From NCBI GenBank assembly GCA_951406725.2, contig OX597814.1:222084001-222148000 (forward strand): a stretch of DNA of 64,000 bases, written 5' to 3'. This DNA is from Octopus vulgaris. Lineage: Eukaryota. The position numbers were made by a program, and so were the translations under genes. Below, in pieces: positions 27,197 to 41,680 of the stretch; positions within the stretch are counted from its first letter, which is position 1; every line of letters starts with the position of its first letter. Under the pieces are notes generated by a model that saw only the letters and a program-made list of their open reading frames with translations, did not search any database and was not told the origin of the DNA.

Positions 27197-27713
27197 ACAT
27201 TTACTTACATAATTGTTACTATTTAAGAGCTTAATTTATCGCTACTCTGGGCTTAGCAGAGACGATTTAGGGACAAGTGAAATACATTTCTTTCTACATC
27301 TCAAAGTGAAAAGTTTCAGCTTGAAAGAAACTGATTTTGCTTGAATTTAAAAACGCTTGCTACTAGTAGATGATGATATATATATGCATAGATACAACGC
27401 ATCTTTCTCGCCAGTACTCGTCACTATAATCATGTAAGTAGAGGAAACTTTGCATAATTTTTCTTCTTCGTTTTTCTTTTTTGCAAATATGAAAGATTAG
27501 CAAATCTAGTAATTAAAAAAGTATGATGTTAGTATCTACTGCGGCGTAAAAGATAACTAATTTAAAAATCTAGATTTATAAATAACTTTCAAATATTAAT
27601 AAAAATTGATGTTATTCTCAATTTATTCTGTAATATTAATATTTTAAAGTAGGTGTTGAGCAGAAAAAAAGTCATGGCGAATCTAGACTTATAACATTAT
27701 AATACTTCATAAA

Positions 27714-27930
27714 AAGGTGGCGAGCTGGCAGAATCGTTAGCACGTCGGGCGAAATGCTTAGCGGTATTTCACCCTTCGTTACGTTTTGAGTTCAAATTCC
27801 GACCTGGTCGACTTTGCCTTTCATCCTTTCGGGGTCGATAAATTAAGTATCAGTTGAGTACTGAGGTCGATATAATCGACTATCTCCTTTCCCCAAATTT
27901 CAGGACTTGTGCCTATAGTGGAAAGGATTA
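27714..27930 (+). mobile_element. SINE family A (outer element of a nested pair)
   Basis: Full head and core; TSD attataatacttcRtaaa at 27696-27713 and 28199-28216. Confidence 0.9.
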
Positions 27931-27933
27931 TAA

Positions 27934-28189
27934 AATAAATAAATGCGCCCTTTTAAAGCCTAGCCAGGCTCATGGGCCCGGTCTCCCTGTTTCAATGGCG
28001 TATGTGTTCCCCAGCTAGACTGGACGCCAGTCCATCGCAGCGTTATTCATTTTTGCCAGCTGAGCGGACTGGAGCAACGTGAAATGAAGTGTTTTGCTCA
28101 AGAACACAACGCGTCATCCAGTCCGGGAATCGAAACTACAATCTTACGATCATGATGCTGACACCCTAACCACTAAGCCACGCACCTCC
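27934..28189 (-). mobile_element. tRNA-derived SINE family C (V-domain-like)
   Basis: A-box tggcttagtgg, B-box gtttcgattccc, gcgatggactggcgtcc core, (ATTT)n tail. Confidence 0.8.
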
Positions 28190-28399
28190 GCAGAAAGAAT
28201 TATAATACTTCGTAAATGTATTAACACTTGCCAAAAATTGCTTTGTGTAACTGTTCAGTAAGACGATTATTTTACAATAGACATTATGGAGGGAATTTCT
28301 CCTTTATGTTTAGATATTAAAGTCGGACGTTAAATCTCTATTCTGTTTCGTTATCTAAATGCTGAAAGGAGAAGAAATTAAGAATCAGACGTCACTTAC

Positions 28400-29077
28400 C
28401 ATTTATATCCATTACGTGTCTAGTCGTCTGAATGACTTGACTGACGAATTTTTCACTTTCAGCATATAGTGGAAATTTAGTTGGTTCGCCGTAAGCTGCA
28501 GTCAAAGATTTTTCCGAAGAAACTGGGGGTGTAGTAGCAGCTGATGTCGTCGATATTGATTTGGAGCGACTCATATTTTGTTGAGATGTCAAAAGTGTAT
28601 CAGGTAATCCCGAGGGAACAAACGTTGTAGTGTAGGGTACGTTATTCGAAGATACTGGTGGATTTTCGGTGATTTTCTCCTTTTGAAATGGTGATGCAGT
28701 TGTTCGGATGGTGGGGAAAATAAAACGATAGGTGGCATGGAAACCGCTTAACTCCACCCGTTCGTCTGATTTAAAAACAATTAACAGAACATTTGAAGTA
28801 GAAGCATAAGTTGCCGGTACTCTAGATCCGCACAGCGTGGCAATTCTTTCCGAATCGGTAGTTTCTCCGTCATAAACGTGTATGCTGTCCAGTCGGTTAT
28901 TGCACAATCCGAGACCATGATTCTCAAGCTCAATTTTCGTAAAACGTAAAGTAATATAAGCATGAATGGGGCCTTTGATGATCCACCTACAGTCAGTGTT
29001 TGCTGGGTAATTGTTTGGCCAGTTTGGAGTGGCGAATTCTCCGTTATTTTTCGTTAAGATTGCGTTGCAAGGCCACT
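28400..29077 (-). CDS. Exon encoding a complete CUB domain plus Ser/Thr/Pro-rich stalk
   Basis: tttcag acceptor and G|GTAAGT donor, phase 1-1, 678 nt; WPCNAILTKNNGEFATPNWPNNYPANTDCRWII..LDSIHVYDG..LCGS..STSNVLLIVFKSD..SGFHATY. Confidence 0.93.
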
Positions 29078-29969
29078 CTGAAATGAAAGGAAAAAAAACA
29101 TCATGACCAGAATATTCAATATAATTTAAAATAATCTATGTTTTTCAACATTATTTACATATCTGTAAATAAAATTCTGCCATATACATAGCCAAGTCAG
29201 ATATAACTATTATTTAAGACATAAATAAATAAAAATTAAGAAAGAAAGAAAGAAAGAAATAAAGAAGGAAAGAAATATAAAATTACGTGCTAATATAGGT
29301 TCTTATAGTTTATACATAAACACATGTATTCATACATAATACATACGCTGTGTTTGTACACACAAGCATATGTGTGCGTTTGAGCGTAAGTATGCATAAC
29401 TTTTGCATTGCACACAATTAATCATGCAGGTATGCATTTCTATAGGTATTTCGTTGTGGTAACATCGCACACCATGCTATGATACCACTAGAGAGTTTAT
29501 CTATATGTAGTAATTCAAGAAAGGAGACACAGAGCCTACATTTTTCTTGCCTTATCTCAGAATTTTTTTTTCCACAATCTGTATTCCCAATACCCAATGG
29601 CTAACGAAACATTATAAAATTACACTCCGTCTCTCGACTAACCGGGTATGAGAATAATACAAGATTAAAAACATGGAAAAATCGATACTATTATGCAAGG
29701 AACATAGAAACAGTTAAGCAATCCTAACTCGGTTATACAAAATTATACTAAAAGATATATAAAACAAATCAACCGATAAATCGCAAGCCAACGAGGAGAG
29801 CTGTATATGGTCACTCGACCTGGTAGAAACAACAATCAAATCTTTCACAACCATTCATACGAATATGTCTCATATTCGCATGAGGCGATTTTGATTTGGA
29901 TATAGAAAGAATGGGAAAATAACGGATGGAACATGTTTGGTCAGATGCTTATAAGAGTGTTTTTTAGTG

Positions 29970-30084
<115 letters not shown>

Positions 30085-30302
30085 TTCTTTATTGGCCACG
30101 CAGGGCTAGACACAGAAGGGACAAAATACAAAGTAGAGCTTTTCTTTTTGGGAACAAGGAAAGAGAAAAAAAGGGAGGGGCGAATTCCGATCGAAAGGGA
30201 TCGGGAAAATAAAACGATAGATAGATAGATACACACACACATGCATATATTATTTGCCTTATTTACATTTGACGGATGTTTGCCCTCATCTTGTTTGTTG
30301 CT

Positions 30303-30348
30303 AATACAACGTTTTGGCTGTTATATCCTCCAGCCTTCATCAGGTGTC
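30303..30348 (-). ncRNA. Inactivated hammerhead motif (Penelope-type end)
   Basis: GACAC-CTGATGA-a-GGCTG..CAGCC-aAAAC-GTT-GTATT; G12 changed to A. Confidence 0.55.
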
Positions 30349-30424
30349 TTGGAGAAATTTCGGACTTGGGTTCTTATTCCTAATGTATATTTCGATGTTC
30401 TTCTTCTTCTTCTTCTTCTTCTTC

Positions 30425-30477
<53 letters not shown>

Positions 30478-30604
30478 GAGTGAGAGAGCAGTTCATGCCA
30501 TCAAAGTGACACTGGGGTAAAATATACCCATCATGACTACCCGTCTGATAAAGGTACACCAGGCACATGCATCACAACCATATGTGCGCGACATGGTGAT
30601 CTCA
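30478..30604 (-). mobile_element. 5'-truncated copy of the TAA-associated retroposon
   Basis: Only the 3' ~125 bp; (ATT)n on both sides. Confidence 0.85.
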
Positions 30605-30664
30605 TTATTATTATTATTATTATTATTATTCTTCTTCTTCTTCTTCTTCTTCTTATTATTATTA

Positions 30665-30700
<36 letters not shown>

Positions 30701-30790
30701 TATTATTATTATTATTATTATTCAGGTCATTGCCTGGAATCGAACTCTTAAATATAGAATTGTAATACATGCATATATATGTACATTTAA

Positions 30791-30848
<58 letters not shown>

Positions 30849-31039
30849 TGATAGCAAAATAAGTCCGACATCACCACACACGCCTCTATCTACGTATAAC
30901 TGCCATTCATTCCTATGTTTCCATCACCTTCCTCCCCTCCTTACCAAATACACTCAGAAATACGCACATAACCAAACACCAACCTTTCGCACTGGTCAAA
31001 AGGGTAAGCATCCCTCTATCAAACTTCCACTAATGTTAT

Positions 31040-31167
31040 ATCGCCTGAAGAAATGAATCCATGAAGATGATCAGTCCCATGCCCCCGATACTACAGACTG
31101 CACTGTAATCAGGAATACGGAATGTGATATTAAGAGACACCTGATTCGTGGAAACACCGGTAGCGAT
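31040..31167 (+). ncRNA. Hammerhead-like motif with long helix II insert
   Basis: ATCGC-CTGAAGA-a-ATGAATC..~83nt..GATTCGT-g-GAAAC-accg-GTA-GCGAT. Confidence 0.55.
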
Positions 31168-31279
31168 GCGTTAAATGCTTATAATTTCTATCCAAGGATT
31201 TTTGTTATGTATGTATGTACATGCATATGTATATGCTTGTATAGATATATGTATACGCAGGGATTCGAAGAATCAAAAA

Positions 31280-31483
31280 CAGTAATCCCTCGCCAAATCG
31301 CGGTTCACCTATCGTGCACTGAGTACATCGCGAATTTTTCTGACTAATATATGTAAATTTATGACGCGGTCTCCTCAGTATATCCGGGTTTCTGCGGCAG
31401 ATAGGTATTTATATTTTTCACGTTTTAATTAATTCTTTGGGGGGTTTCGGAATGTAACACCCGCGATAGTCGATGGATTACTG
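31280..31483. mobile_element. Tigger/pogo-like MITE
   Basis: TIRs cagtaatccctcgccaaatcgcgg / ccgcgatagtcgatggattactg, followed by TA. Confidence 0.7.
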
Positions 31484-33235
31484 TAGTGCTCCATGAAATC
31501 TCTTCAGGTGGTATGCAGCAAACTAGCGTTGCTGTGGTCGTACTAGATCGATGCCCTGAAAGTTTTAGTCGAACAAATTGAATATAGTACTTAGCGTACT
31601 ATATTGTACTTATTGTATCTTTCCTTTTTGCTTGCCGGTAAGTGCTGACACTATTTGTCAAGCAGAATTGAGCTGGGCTTACATCTTTTCCGTAAACAAA
31701 TTACTCACAGTGTATTGGTCGGATCGAGTAGCCTATTGCAGAAGATATTTTGCGAAGACGCCCCGCTGTCAAACCAAAACTGAAACCATGTAATTGCGAA
31801 GCAAATTTGTTAATTACACATCTATGCCTGTGCATATAAGAAAGAAATACTCAAATATATGTTATGAAACAGATACGAGCATCTCTCTAACTGGAATTTT
31901 AATGAAACTGCGAGGACCGGCAAAGCCATCGGCATGTCGTCTTCTTCCAGAGCAGAGCCGTATAAAAGGCAATCTAGAATGTTAAATGTTTATTTCTGAA
32001 AGCACCGATGCATTGAAAAAGGAAACGCATTTGATAATTATGTTTTTCCGCTGTATCGTATGTCAAGCTAAATAACCTCCATTAAGAATCAATTGTGTCG
32101 TCATGTGCTGTGAATGCATAGCACATGGCCGATCAGCAACACAACGATCAGGGAAGTAACAGCCGGTAACGATGGATCTCCACAGTGACATACAATATGT
32201 ATAAAGAAGAATAAACCAAAGGGGACCAAATGAAGGGTACATGTGCATATAAACAAACAGAGTTATAAACATATTAATAAGTATGTGAAAAGAAATTGCA
32301 GGATGGATAGGGAGATATGATTCTAGGAAAATATCTAGGAAGCAGAAGTAGCAGTGAGAAATGACACCGAATATCTGTACAGACTTATAAACGGCCTGAC
32401 AAGAACAAGAACGGTTTCTTGCATTTCAATTATGAATAAGGATGGCTATACGCTGGTAACGAATGAAGAGCAATCAACCAAGTGAGTGGAACATTTCTAA
32501 GAAATGTGGAACATTGTAGACCCTGTCGACTTCCTTCATATCACCAGTACCGTGTCAAGGCTTGGGCACACTCAGCAGTTTCCCAGACTCATCAGGGGCT
32601 TAGGGATCCAATTCGGTTCTATTTATACTGTGGTTTGCTGTCATGAAATACATTGTATTAGAACCAGTGCACTCATTCGCCTAGTGGCATATGATACTGC
32701 AAAGGTGGCTTTGAATTTCACCCAGTTTCTGGAGGGTCACGTGCAGATGACAGACAAGGACACTCGTACCAGAAAAGTCACCGTTTTTATTCAGGGCTTC
32801 GAAAACAAGAAGACAACAAGGCTTAAAAATATAAAGGTAGAGTTGCTAAAACCATACTCAGATTAGTGAAAAGGAATGCCTCTTTCTTGCTCTGGCACCA
32901 AAGCGAGTCTAGAATCAATTGGAATATTTCATTAAATATAGAATACTGTTAGGAACAGAATCTTAAAATAGTAGCAGAGAAATGATGTCAGCAAGACATA
33001 TTATAGAATGAGTATGTAGATATCGGTTGCATTCCACTAGGGAACATTGAGAAAGTGAATCGAAATGAGATATTTTTTTAAGATCAAGAAGGTAAAGTAA
33101 ATAAATGCTTTTAGTGGAACATCAAGAATAAAAATAATAAAAAAGAAACAAATAATTATGTATGAGTTTGTGTGCTTTAGTGTGTACGTGTAAATACATA
33201 TACTTACATAATATATATATATACATATACATATA

Positions 33236-33301
<66 letters not shown>

Positions 33302-33308
33302 TATACAT

Positions 33309-33343
<35 letters not shown>

Positions 33344-34068
33344 TATATGCATACAGACATATATACACATATGTATGCCTTCGTAAATATATGCATATTT
33401 GTTTATACATTCGTACATACATGCATACATACATTCATACATACATACATGTATGCATGCTTACGTGCATATGCTTGTCTATGAATGTATTTATACATAA
33501 AGCTTTCGGCAAAATGTATTGAGTTATGCTTTGTTAGTTCCGATCTAAATAGCATATCTTGCTATTCCAGATACTATCTTCTGCCGTTCTGTTTATTCCA
33601 ATTACGTAAATAGCTTAAACTAGATGCACGCAAATTAATAATGTAAACAAATTTGGACGTAAACAATGGTGCGTTGCATATCATATTATATACTCGCCAG
33701 CCAAAATTATGTATCAGATTGCAGGACAAAAAAAACAATAATTTTCTTTTTAACACTGCTGTTTTTTTTGTTTTTTTTCTTTATTGTATATCCTTATTAC
33801 TTTATGGTGAGGTTATGTCAATTGTTATGACCCGATAGATAAAATTATACGATTGTAGGAAAATTATATAATTATATATTTTTAAAGCAAAAGCTATATC
33901 GTATTCGAAAATGCTGACACTTGATTCATATGTATATTTAGGTTTCCGAGTTAAGATTATTTAAACCATGTTTTGCAGACACTTCCTTCATAAAACGGTT
34001 AGCCATTAGTTGTTTTCCTTTTTTTTATTTTGTCATAGATTTATTAGAAATCTATCTGTTGAACATTC

Positions 34069-34114
<46 letters not shown>

Positions 34115-34823
34115 TTTGGTTGTTTGTCTCCGTCTTATCAGTAATAAACGACGTCATAACAGAATAATCGCAACCAGAATTTTAAAATAATCTACATTTG
34201 AAACCAAAATATTTAGAGAAAAACTTTATGAGACGAATCATTCGTGAATAATGGATTTACTGGAGTAGAATATAATCTATAGACTTTTACACTCTTTTAT
34301 TTATTTGCAAACATTTAGATTCTGATACGCCAGCAGCTACTACACAGGACCAGTTATATTCAAATGTATGAATGTTAAACACGGCCAAATATTACGAAAT
34401 AGTAGTTCCTTTTGATAGAAGAAAATGGCGCAGATTGAAAATAAATGAAACGCTATTCGAAACAACGGTATAAAATTGGAACACCTGGGTGTGTATGTAA
34501 GTGTGCGCCCGCTTATGACAATTAATTATTTAAAGCTACATACTAAATTTCATATTTTTCCCCTTCACACGGCTTGAAATTAAGGGCAGAAATGACACCA
34601 AGCGTTTTAACCGACGGGCTAACATTTCTGACACTTCGCCGCCTTTATGAAATTATATATCAAAGGCATTCTTTTCCAGTCTCTGTTAATGTAAACAGAA
34701 AGATTTGAACAAATGAAATCCTAAAAGTGGTCCAGAACATATCATCAACATGCACTTATATATAACGTATGTATAATACAATTTTTCAGGTCATACAGAC
34801 GTTAAAGTGTCAAGCAAAATATC

Positions 34824-35031
34824 CTCTTTTACTTGTTTCAGTCATTTGACAGCGGCCATGCTGGAGCACCGCCTTCAGTCGAGCAAATCGACAACAAGAC
34901 TAATTCTTTGTAAGCCCTGTACTTATTCTATCGGTCTCTTTTGCCGAACCGCTAAGTTACGGGGACGTAAACACACCAGCATCGGTTGTCAAGCGATGCT
35001 GGGGGGGACAAACACAGACACACAAACATAT

Positions 35032-35108
<77 letters not shown>

Positions 35109-35274
35109 CACGACAGGCTTCTTTCAGTTTCCATCTGCCAAATCCACTCACAAGGCTTTGGTCGGCTCAAGGCTATAATACAAGACACTTGCTCAAGGTA
35201 CCACGCAGTGGGACAGAACTCGGAACCATGTGTTTGGTAAGCAAGCTACTTACAACACAGCCACTCCTGCGCCT
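34824..35274 (-). mobile_element. SINE family B, full length
   Basis: Closely matches the reverse complement of 62704-63100. Confidence 0.9.
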
Positions 35275-36401
35275 GTTTTACATATTCATCTTAATTGGGC
35301 ATTTAAAGCTTTATAACAATTGATTTGCAATTTGTTCCTACTTTATTTTGTTTAGTGGTCTGTATTTTGAAATGCGTAATTTCTTTTGCTTTTTAAATCG
35401 TTTATGTATGTATGTATGTATGTATGTATGTATGTATGTGTGTATGTGTGTGTGTATGTATGTATGTATGTATGTATGTATGTATGTATGTATGTATGTA
35501 TGTATGTATGTATGTATGTATGTATGTATCACAGCACCAGTAACAGTTCAGCTTCGTGCAATGGCCGATAACGAGGGGGCAGCCATAATAATGTATGTAT
35601 GTATATGTATTATATTGTATTATATCATTATTATGTTATATTGTATTATATTACTTTATATTGTGTCTGGGAGAATCATTCACTTTCAGTGCCTTATTAT
35701 TTAACACACTCACCGGTTCGATTTCCACTCATTTACTTATTCATTTTTTCTAAAATTTTCGCTGCCTCTTGCTTTAGAGTTACCAACGAAATTCGCTACA
35801 TGTAAGAAGGTCAGAAAAATCGATTGTCTATCTGAGACTGAAAAAGCGTTCCTAAAAATAAGATAGAGGTTAGGACACAAACATACGAAACCAAAACAAC
35901 AACATCAATAGCATTGGACATAAACGCATAAATGTGCAGAATAAATACATACATACAAACGTGCGCACACTCATACATAAATATATGCATACTCAGACAC
36001 ATACATGCATACACACACATGCATACATAGATACATGCATAATAACATACATACACATGTGTATACACATGCACATTGATGCACACAATTGCACAAAAAA
36101 CAAAAGGAACGCAGCTCTGATAATGGACAGAGTCAACGACTACTGAAAAGGTTGCAAGACGCAATGAAAACGAGGGGAAATCGAACCGGTGAACGTGAAG
36201 GCCATTCAGAGTAGACCTCACACATGGTTCCAGTAAGATGGGGCAACTGCTCATACCGCAAGAGAAACAATGCAGTTGCTACGGCAGTGCTTTGGAGAGA
36301 GAATAATCTCTGAAAGAGAATGACTTTCCCCAGACAATAAAATATGCTCCAACACACGAATTCACAGAAAGAATCTTGTAAATCAAATACGAAATCGATA
36401 C

Positions 36402-36464
<63 letters not shown>

Positions 36465-36524
36465 TGTATGTATGTATGTATGTATGTATGTATGTATGTA
36501 TGTATATATGTATGTATGTATATA

Positions 36525-36562
<38 letters not shown>

Positions 36563-36595
36563 AATATACTATGTGAGTGTATGTGTGTATGTATG

Positions 36596-36654
<59 letters not shown>

Positions 36655-36694
36655 CTAATATTCTATGTGTGTGTATGTGTGTGTGTACATGAAC

Positions 36695-37897
36695 TGTGTT
36701 AGCCCAGAAGTCTGTTCGGTTTATTTAAGCGACAATAAGTCAAGTTTTAAACACAAAGCCGTATATTCAATGAATCGTATAATCAAAGTCTTGTTCCAAT
36801 ATCTTCTACCATCTTGTGGGAAGAATCATTATTTCCAGCTCACAGAAGTTCCAGTCCTTAACTGGTGGAAATATCTTCCTGATGAATTGTTGCATCCTCT
36901 TCAGAGCATTTTTTGATTTGACAGACCTTTAGGTCTGTCAATTCAATAAATGTTAAGGAAACTAACAGAAGAAAATCTGAAGGGACAAGGTTGGACGAAT
37001 ATTATCAAACTTCCTAACCAACCCCCAGTATTTTCTACCGCGTCAGCAAAGTGTGCGGCTTGGCGTAGTCGTGATGAAGGACAGTGCCCTCACGTTTCAA
37101 AAGTGCTGGACTCTTCTAGTGGATCACAAATTTTAATTTATCCAGCTGATCATAGTACGCATTTAAAGTGATGGATCTGTGCGTAGGGAGAAGGTCGTCA
37201 AAGCCAACACCCTTCAAATTCCACTTAAATGAAACATAACCTACTTCGTGTCAAGTCCTGCTTTGGAGGTTGTTTGTGGAAGTTCGCTACAATTCATTCA
37301 TCATCGTTAGCTCTTCACCTTGTCATAGACGACGCGTTTTTCGTCCACTGTCACCATTCTCTTCAAAGTCGGATAATTGTTTTCCAACTTTCTACAACAT
37401 ATCGCAAATGGTAAACCATTTGGCAAGGTTAGCCTCACTCAATTGATGTGTGACGCAAACATCGAGCCTGCTGACGTAACCAAGTTGATGTAGATGGTTT
37501 ATAACACTTGATTTCGATATTCAATGATTATCTGCGCTCATCGGGGTCGTATAACGTTGTGTTGGTGTCGACTAAACACTTTATTTGTTCGCTGTTAATA
37601 ACAACTGGCCGACTTAAGTGAGGTGCATATTGAAATAAAGAATTTTTCGATCGAAATTTTGAGAACCACTTCTGGCACAAACATGCGGTGACGACATTGT
37701 TCGGTTTGGTTCTCCATTTTCAGGCTGATCCCATCGCACAAAATACAACCGGTTTCGTCGTATGTTTCCGTCGAACCACGTACATATGTCAAGTATCTGA
37801 CGAGCGTGCATGCGCGGGGAACAAAAATAAGTATTTATACAAGTGTTTAAGGAGCTCAGTGTCGACATAAACCGAACGGACTTTATGTCAGTCCCAC
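36695..37897 (-). mobile_element. Decayed mariner transposon (~1.2 kb)
   Basis: TIR core aagtcYgttcggtttat at both ends; LKRMVTVDEKRVVYD, VLHHDYAKPHT and LPTRW motifs. Confidence 0.8.
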
Positions 37898-37924
37898 TAT
37901 ATATATATATATATATTATATATA

Positions 37925-38750
37925 CTAGCTGAATTACATAACCGGTAATTCCTGGGAAAGCGGAGTTTATCCTATGGTTCCGTTCTCATAATTGTTTCGC
38001 TATTACAATGACAATACAAAACAGCTTTTGTGTATTTACAGAGAACAGCGAACAGTTTTACACAGGATTTTGTTTTTAGGAATTCACAATAAGTTATGAA
38101 TACCCAAATGTCAGTTATGTAATAACATGAAATTAATTACCCGGAAGTAAGAATTCAAATAAAGTAACCCCTAAAAGGGATTTAATACGGTCCCAGAGTA
38201 TAGAGAACTTAGAAGGAAATACTAATAAGGTATGTATACTAAAATCGGGAAGCATGTTACGTAATAACAGGCTAATCAGATATGAGATAATAACAATTCA
38301 AAGTAAATAATTCTGAAAAAAGCTTTTGTGCGTTCGCAGAGAATATTACCCTCAGCGGCGCTAGTGTTGGTATATTCGTGAATAAGTCACTAACCGATAT
38401 AGGTGGATTTATTGTTTAGAAAAATACTATTTGCTTGTTTGAGCGTTGTACTGGATAAATTACGAAAATAACTCAAATAGGTCAAATACTGAGAAATAAG
38501 CATACTCAATTTGATTTATACCAAATAATTTAGGAAAATGAATGGGTTATTTGCCTTGGCTATATATAAGGATCCCTTCCAGGGACCTATTGCTGACTAT
38601 TTCAACGATCTGAGTATGCCATGAGGTTTCGAGACATGAGTTATACTCACGTGTCAAGTTACATCAAAATCGATAAAACGATGTTGGAAGAGTTAGGTTT
38701 ACAACTTCACAAACACACCTACAGACAGATTTCCCCTCCCCCGATATATA
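37925..38750 (-). mobile_element. Probable non-autonomous Helitron
   Basis: Minus-strand 3' end cccaggaattaccgg..CTAG|T; subterminal region resembles 56900-57000. Confidence 0.5.
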
Positions 38751-38787
38751 TATATATGTGTGTGTGTATATATATATTCATTTATTT

Positions 38788-38998
38788 TTTTACTTGTTTC
38801 AATCATTTTACTGCAGCCATGCTGGAGCACCACCTTGAATAGTTATAGTCGAATAAATCGACGCCAGCCCTTATTTTTAAACCTAGTACATATATTCTAT
38901 CGTTTTTTTTTTAGGGGGAGGATCTCTTAGTTTACAAGGACATAAATGCACCACCACTGGTTGTCAAACGGTGACGGGAGGAAAACACAGACAGAAAG

Positions 38999-39041
<43 letters not shown>

Positions 39042-39205
39042 CACAAACACATGGGCTGCTTTCACTTTGCTTCTACAAAATTCAATCACGAGGTGTTGGT
39101 CGGCCCGAGGCTATATTAAAAGACACACTGTTCCAATGTGCCACGCAGTGGGACTGAACCATATGGTTGGGAAGCAAGCTTCTTATCACGCAGTCACGCG
39201 CCTGT
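38788..39205 (-). mobile_element. SINE family B, diverged
   Basis: gccatgctggagcacc tail and ccacgcagtgggactgaacc head. Confidence 0.8.
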
Positions 39206-39209
39206 GACA

Positions 39210-39281
<72 letters not shown>

Positions 39282-39673
39282 TGTGTGCGTGCACACACAC
39301 ACATGTATACAGATACACATACACGTGTATATGTGCGTGATTGTGTGTACGTCTAAATGTACATATGTACACTTGTGCGAGTGTGTGTGTGTGTGCTTGT
39401 TTGTCTGTAGGAGTTGGTTGATGATTTATATGTGCATTTGTGTGAATGTTCCTTCCTATACAGCTGTGTATAAGAGTTTGAAGTCAATAGATGTAAAAAA
39501 ATATATTTATATACATAAATATATTGGGTTGCAGTTATGTATTATTTACTGGTTACATTCCGTATTATTTTTCTCCATTTTCATATATTAATTACGTCTG
39601 TGCGAATGTATAGGTAGTTGCGTATTTGTATGTTCTTGTTTGTGTGCGCCTTTATGTGATGCGATACTGTGTC

Positions 39674-39743
<70 letters not shown>

Positions 39744-40470
39744 TATGTTTACTTGCGTGTATGCTATTCAACAAAGCCATTCTATAAAATCACATTGAAA
39801 TACAATATATATCGTCTTGTAGTATAATTCCTTTTGATAAATATTTTCTTGAAAATGTTCGTGAAATTTGAAGTTTTCTTAAACAAACATAGTGAAAAGA
39901 AAATTTTTTCAAATTATATATGATTTGTTTGTATGTATGTTCGGTAAAAACGATGTTGTTCATAATTTTTGAACTTAACTTTGTTCAAAACTTTCAGCTG
40001 TACTAAGTATTAATAATATACTATACTGATACGACATAGCTTATGTTAAAATATTAATATCAGAGCTATTACTTTTATAGTTAGTATTCATAGATCGACT
40101 CGAACTAAAACTTTCGTGATATATAAAATTTATAATATTCATCTGTATACATTTACTAGTAACAAATGTTTTTACTATTTCGCATCTCATTTAGAATGAT
40201 ATTGAAACAAATTCATATTTATAACTTCTTTGTTTCTTCATCGTTATTAATACCCTCCTCCTCCTACTGCTCATCATTATCCTGGTTTTCAACATCAGAC
40301 TCACCACCTATATTATTCTTTTCTTGCAGGTTACGCAAAATATAAATTGGATCTGCAGGAACGAAAGTATAAACATGTACGGTGATCATACTAAGGACTT
40401 TTTGCGAAATTCCCATCATTTTCAAATAGTAAAGGTATTGTGCCCACATAGACAGGTCTGGCACTGGAAC

Positions 40471-40670
40471 CCGATGTATTATCAAAAAGTTCCCGGACTA
40501 GTTTCGTTAAATAAAATGATAACTTATTTACCTAACTATTAACATCATACTTTTCGAAATAATCACCTTGCGCAGCAATACACCAGTCCCAGCGTTCCTG
40601 CTATTTTTGGCGTCTGGGCCGCAAGTCGTTTTCCGTAAGCTAGTCGAGGACCTTCAGTGATTCGCTCTTA
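40471..40670 (-). mobile_element. Mariner 3' end fragment
   Basis: ERWDWCIAAQGDYFEK followed by TIR-like tcaaaaagttcccggact. Confidence 0.7.
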
Positions 40671-40861
40671 GTTTTCACTTACTGGGGCCTAAGCTACGAA
40701 ATTAATACTCCTGCAGATCGTGAACCTGAAGATCAAATATCTCAACTACCGCTTTTCTTACATTAAGCAATAAAATATGTTCTACTCGTAAAAGTTCTTG
40801 TATTTCAAAAGAGATAGAGTGACTCAGAAATTGCTTATATTATTAGTTACATATATGTGTA

Positions 40862-40933
<72 letters not shown>

Positions 40934-41440
40934 TGTATGTATATATATATTGCTTCTAATATAGGCGCAAGTCCTGTAGTTCACGTGGAGAACAGATAAC
41001 CATACTGACATTATATCTTAGTTGGTACTTCATTTTGTTGACCTTGAAAGGATAAGAGGCATATCTGGCCTCAGCGTGAAGTGATTTTGAAAACTAATGA
41101 GCCGAAACAAATACTGCAAGGTATTTGTCGAGAGCTCTGTCTGTTTATCAATCCTTTGACGCATATAATTATATTATGAATGCAAACACTACAGTTGTAG
41201 GGAGATATTTTATTTATCTATCAGTGTAACATGAACGTGGTGGATAATATGGCAGATTCCGTTGATTATACTGATATAGGAGAGTATTGTAGTTCGCTTG
41301 AAGCATTGTGTATTGTTTGTAAAGAATAGAATGTTTTGAATCGTTCAACAATGCACTAAAATACAGACAATGGGCTATATACTATACAGTAAATGCTGAT
41401 GACTGTGAAGAAAATATGGTGCCAAAAGCAATAATGTATG

Positions 41441-41513
<73 letters not shown>

Positions 41514-41680
41514 TAATAATAATAATAATTATAATAATAATAAAATTAATAATAATAATAATAATCCTTTCTACTATAGGCACAAGGCCTGAAATAATAC
41601 TGAAATACAGTGATCAATCTAATATATTAAAAAAGAAAAGCCGTAAGAAAAACCGATTATAGCAGCGAATCCATCTAAGA

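Noticed and set aside
27714-27800. tRNA gene-like sequence
   Set aside because: It is a SINE head with no full cloverleaf
32515-32600. Minus-strand CCC-CTGATGA..gtcgac-a-GGG
   Set aside because: No GAAA box in the right place
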